In this document: positions 61,134-64,000 of the stretch, piece after piece
How the letters are laid out: each line of letters begins with the position of its first letter
Position numbering within the stretch: position 1 is the first letter of the stretch
Assembly: GCA_965661285.1 (NCBI GenBank)
Contig: CBFIDD010000001.1
Location: 340,852-404,851, forward strand
From: Poseidonia sp.
GTDB taxonomy: Archaea; Thermoplasmatota; Poseidoniia; Poseidoniales; Poseidoniaceae
DNA: 64,000 bases
Reading direction: 5' to 3'
Program-made: the position numbers and the translations under genes
Notes under the pieces: generated by a model
The model's input: the letters and a program-made list of their open reading frames with translations, nothing else
Told to the model about the DNA's origin: nothing
The model's database searches: none

Positions 61134-62762
61134 ATGACTCATGTCCTCGAAACCGGCTTGGAATACATGGAAATCAAGAACCCCACGGGTAAACCCGCTG
61201 TGCGCGGCTACAACATCATCAACGGTCAACTCACAGTGGCCAGCGACAACGCAACCTTCCGCTCGAACAACCCCGCCCACCTCGCAGATTGCCTCGGGGA
61301 ATTCCCGCTCTCGACACGAGACGATGTTCGCGAAGCCCTCCACGCTGCTCGCACCGCCTTCCCCGAATGGGCTGCAACCCCCGCACCAACCCGAGGTCAA
61401 ATCATTGGCAACATGGGTCGTCTGTTGATGGAACACAAGGAGGCCCTCGTCGCGCTCGAAACTCGTGAAATCGGAAAGACCCTCAAGGAGTCCGGCGGCG
61501 AAATCCAAGAGGCCATTGATACCTGCCTCTTCTTCCAATCCGAGGGTCGTCGGCTCTACGGCCAAACGGTCAACTCTGAACTCCCCGACAAGGAATTGTT
61601 CACCTACCGACGGCCGCTTGGCGTTTGCGGCATCATCAACGCCTGCAACTTCCCGTCAGCTGTCCCCTTCTGGAAGATGATCCCCGCCATTATGTGCGGG
61701 AACACCTGCGTGTGGAAGAGTCCACAGGACGCCCCTTTGCTCTCGTTTGCCTTGGCCCGCATCATGCACGAGGCCGGCCTTCCTAACGGCGTCATCAACC
61801 TCGTTCACGGCAAGGGCAGCGGTGCAGGCCAATACCTCGTCGACGCCGTTGATGAGGGACTGGTGAACAAAATCTCCTTCACCGGTTCGACCGGCGTTGG
61901 CAAGATGATCGGCGAGGTTTGCGGACGCAACCTCGTCTCGTGTTCATTGGAGTTGGGCGGTAAGAACCCCTTGGTGGTCATGCCTTCGGCGGACCTCGAA
62001 AACGCCGTGGAGGGCGCGTATTGGGGCGGCTTCGGCACCGCCGGTCAACGCTGCACCAGCCTGGGCAACCTCATCGTCCACGAGAGCATCTACGACGCGT
62101 TCATGGAGAAATTCATGGCCAAGGTAAAATCAACCCGCATCGGAAATTCCCTGGTCCACAAAGATGTCCTGTACGGCCCGATGCTGTCCGAGAAGTACGG
62201 CAAAGACTTCCTCGCTGGCATCGAGATGGCCAAAGCCAGCGGCGCCACCCACATCTGGGGCGAGGGACCCATCACCGCTGAAAGCGCTCCTGAGAACTTC
62301 CTCGGCGACGCCAGTGAAGGCGTGTTCATGTGGCCGCATGTCTTTGTTGATGTCACCGAAGACATGGAGTGCTTCCACGAGGAAATCTTCGGCCCGGTGG
62401 TCACCGTGGTCAAGGCGAAGGATTTCGACCACGCACTTCACCTGGCGAACGCCAGCCCCTACGGACTATCATCAGCCATCTACACCAACGACCGCCTCGA
62501 AGCCTACCGCTTCAAGACGGGCATCAAGGCCGGCATGACGGGCATCAACAACTCCACGAGCGGGGCTGAGGCTCACCTGCCGTTTGGCGGCGTCAAAGGC
62601 TCCGGAAACGGTACACGAGAATCCGGAATCTGGGTTCTCGAGGCCTACTCCTACTGGCACGCCGTGAACGATGAGCTCTCGGGCAAACTCCAACTCGCTC
62701 AGATGGACGTTGACGAAATTGAAATGGTCGAGGCCGAAGTCAATTGGTCGGAATTGGCCTGA
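61134..62762 (+). CDS. Aldehyde dehydrogenase family protein
   Basis: NFPSAVP, ISFTGSTGVG, LELGGKNP, TAGQRCTS, EEIFGPV, LPFGGVKGSG. Confidence 0.93.
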   Translation: MTHVLETGLEYMEIKNPTGKPAVRGYNIINGQLTVASDNATFRSNNPAHLADCLGEFPLSTRDDVREALHAARTAFPEWAATPAPTRGQIIGNMGRLLMEHKEALVALETREIGKTLKESGGEIQEAIDTCLFFQSEGRRLYGQTVNSELPDKELFTYRRPLGVCGIINACNFPSAVPFWKMIPAIMCGNTCVWKSPQDAPLLSFALARIMHEAGLPNGVINLVHGKGSGAGQYLVDAVDEGLVNKISFTGSTGVGKMIGEVCGRNLVSCSLELGGKNPLVVMPSADLENAVEGAYWGGFGTAGQRCTSLGNLIVHESIYDAFMEKFMAKVKSTRIGNSLVHKDVLYGPMLSEKYGKDFLAGIEMAKASGATHIWGEGPITAESAPENFLGDASEGVFMWPHVFVDVTEDMECFHEEIFGPVVTVVKAKDFDHALHLANASPYGLSSAIYTNDRLEAYRFKTGIKAGMTGINNSTSGAEAHLPFGGVKGSGNGTRESGIWVLEAYSYWHAVNDELSGKLQLAQMDVDEIEMVEAEVNWSELA

Positions 62763-62857
62763 ATTTCTTTCAAAAACGGCATACGCCTCAATGGTGAACC
62801 TCAAAGACCCTGCCCTTCTCGGATAGAACGTTCCCAGTGGGAACAGGGGGATTTTGA

Positions 62858-63676
62858 ATGGGTGAAGGCATCAAACTCCCGGTCCTAAACGGGCTGGGGC
62901 GCACAAACCGAATTGACAACTGGTGGAGTCAGCCACTGGCCATGGCCATCGGGTTGACCGCCGCGCTCCTCTACACCTTCTGGCGCCTCTTCCTCTACGA
63001 CGCCGACATCTCCTACGCCCTGCACGGCAGCACGGTCATGTCGCCCATTTTTTCACCCAACGTCCTTGAATGGAGTCTGTTCGGCCTGAACGAGTGGAAT
63101 CACCCCGAATGGGTCAACGCCGCTATTCTCGTGCTGTGGATTCCCTTTGGCTTCCGTGGCACCTGCTACTACATGCGCCGCGTCTACTACCGCACCTTCT
63201 TCGCCAGCCCAACCGCATGCTGGGTTGACGAGCCCGACATCAACAAGGCCATTGGCTACAAAGGCGAGAAGCGCTTGTTCATCTTCAACAACTTGCACCG
63301 CTACTTCCTCTATGCGGCCATGATCATCCTGGTCATCAAGTGGTGGGATGTCACCCACACCATGCACTTTCACTCCGCCACCTACGATGGGTATGGCGTC
63401 TCCCTTGGGACCTTCGTGATGGGCATTGAGGCCTTCCTGCTCACGATGTACGTCACCTCCTGCCACGCCCTGCGCCACCTGGCCGGCGGCATGCTCGACC
63501 GCTGGACCACCGGCATCAGCCGTGTTCGTGGCGTGTTGTTCGGAAAAATCAGCGTGCTGAACCGCTCGCACGGATTTTGGTTCTGGACATCATTGATTTT
63601 CGTCTTCCTCGGGGACCTCTGGGTTCTCGCCGTGGCTGAGGGTCGGTTGAGCGACATGGTGCTCTTTGTTGTTTGA
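62858..63676 (+). CDS. Succinate dehydrogenase membrane anchor, mycobacterial Sdh1 (Rv0249c)-like
   Basis: SPIFSP, PFGFRGTCYYMRRVYYRTFF..P.AC, NLHRYF, SCHALRHL; directly upstream of flavoprotein. Confidence 0.8.
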   Translation: MGEGIKLPVLNGLGRTNRIDNWWSQPLAMAIGLTAALLYTFWRLFLYDADISYALHGSTVMSPIFSPNVLEWSLFGLNEWNHPEWVNAAILVLWIPFGFRGTCYYMRRVYYRTFFASPTACWVDEPDINKAIGYKGEKRLFIFNNLHRYFLYAAMIILVIKWWDVTHTMHFHSATYDGYGVSLGTFVMGIEAFLLTMYVTSCHALRHLAGGMLDRWTTGISRVRGVLFGKISVLNRSHGFWFWTSLIFVFLGDLWVLAVAEGRLSDMVLFVV

Positions 63677-63682
63677 GGTGAG

Positions 63683-64000
63683 ATGATGAGCGAGAAGATT
63701 ACCGAACACGAATACGACGTCATTGTCATCGGTGCCGGCGGAGCCGGTCTCCGTGCCGCCATCGAAGCCGCTCGTAGCGGTGCCAAGACGGCCATCATCA
63801 CCAAATCCCTGCTGGGCAAAGCCCACACCGTCATGGCCGAAGGTGGTTGCGCAGCAGCCCTCCAAAACGCCGACCCCCGCGACGGCTGGAAGGTCCATTT
63901 CCACGACACGATGAAAGGAAGCAAGTGGCTTGCCAACTGGCGCATGGCCGAATTCCACGCCAAGGAAGCCCCCGACCGTGTTCGTGAACTCGAGCAGTGG
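63683..64000 (+). CDS. sdhA: Succinate dehydrogenase/fumarate reductase flavoprotein subunit (5' part; not in ORF track)
   Basis: Manual translation MMSEKITEHEYDVIVIGAGGAGLRAAIEA...KSLLGKAHTVMAEGG (FAD-linked His); GAGGTGA SD. Confidence 0.92.
   Translation, partial: MMSEKITEHEYDVIVIGAGGAGLRAAIEAARSGAKTAIITKSLLGKAHTVMAEGGCAAALQNADPRDGWKVHFHDTMKGSKWLANWRMAEFHAKEAPDRVRELEQW

Overview
Gene-dense, GC-rich archaeal chromosome segment, most consistent with Marine Group II Euryarchaeota (Ca. Poseidoniales, Thermoplasmatota). Archaeal markers (thermosome, CDC48, Alba, Bud32, PyrB/PyrI, DUF6015-like protein, archaeal type IV pilus locus, PRC-barrel) are mixed with bacterial-type genes (ThrRS, HMG-CoA synthase, DHS-like, CobB, Sdh) and secreted peptidases. 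About 57 CDSs (two truncated by the window edges and absent from the ORF track) and one tRNA-Gly(GCC). I saw no CRISPR array, rRNA, transposase or integrase. Best leads: (1) an operon of a Roadblock protein, a 1058-aa DUF2226-like/Roadblock/DUF2226-like/coiled-coil protein and a small membrane protein behind a palindromic AT-rich operator, near a PRC-barrel and cdc48, a candidate polarity/division scaffold system; (2) a cysteine-free Mrp/NBP35 whose CxxC loop is replaced by an Ig-like segment, coupled to a Cys-rich DUF971 protein; (3) an agmatinase/SpeD-like/DHS-like operon lacking spermidine synthase, suggesting homospermidine synthesis; (4) an orphan basic protein flanked by structured RNA-like elements; (5) a eukaryote-like CTP synthase. 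All family assignments come from motif recognition by eye, not database searches.
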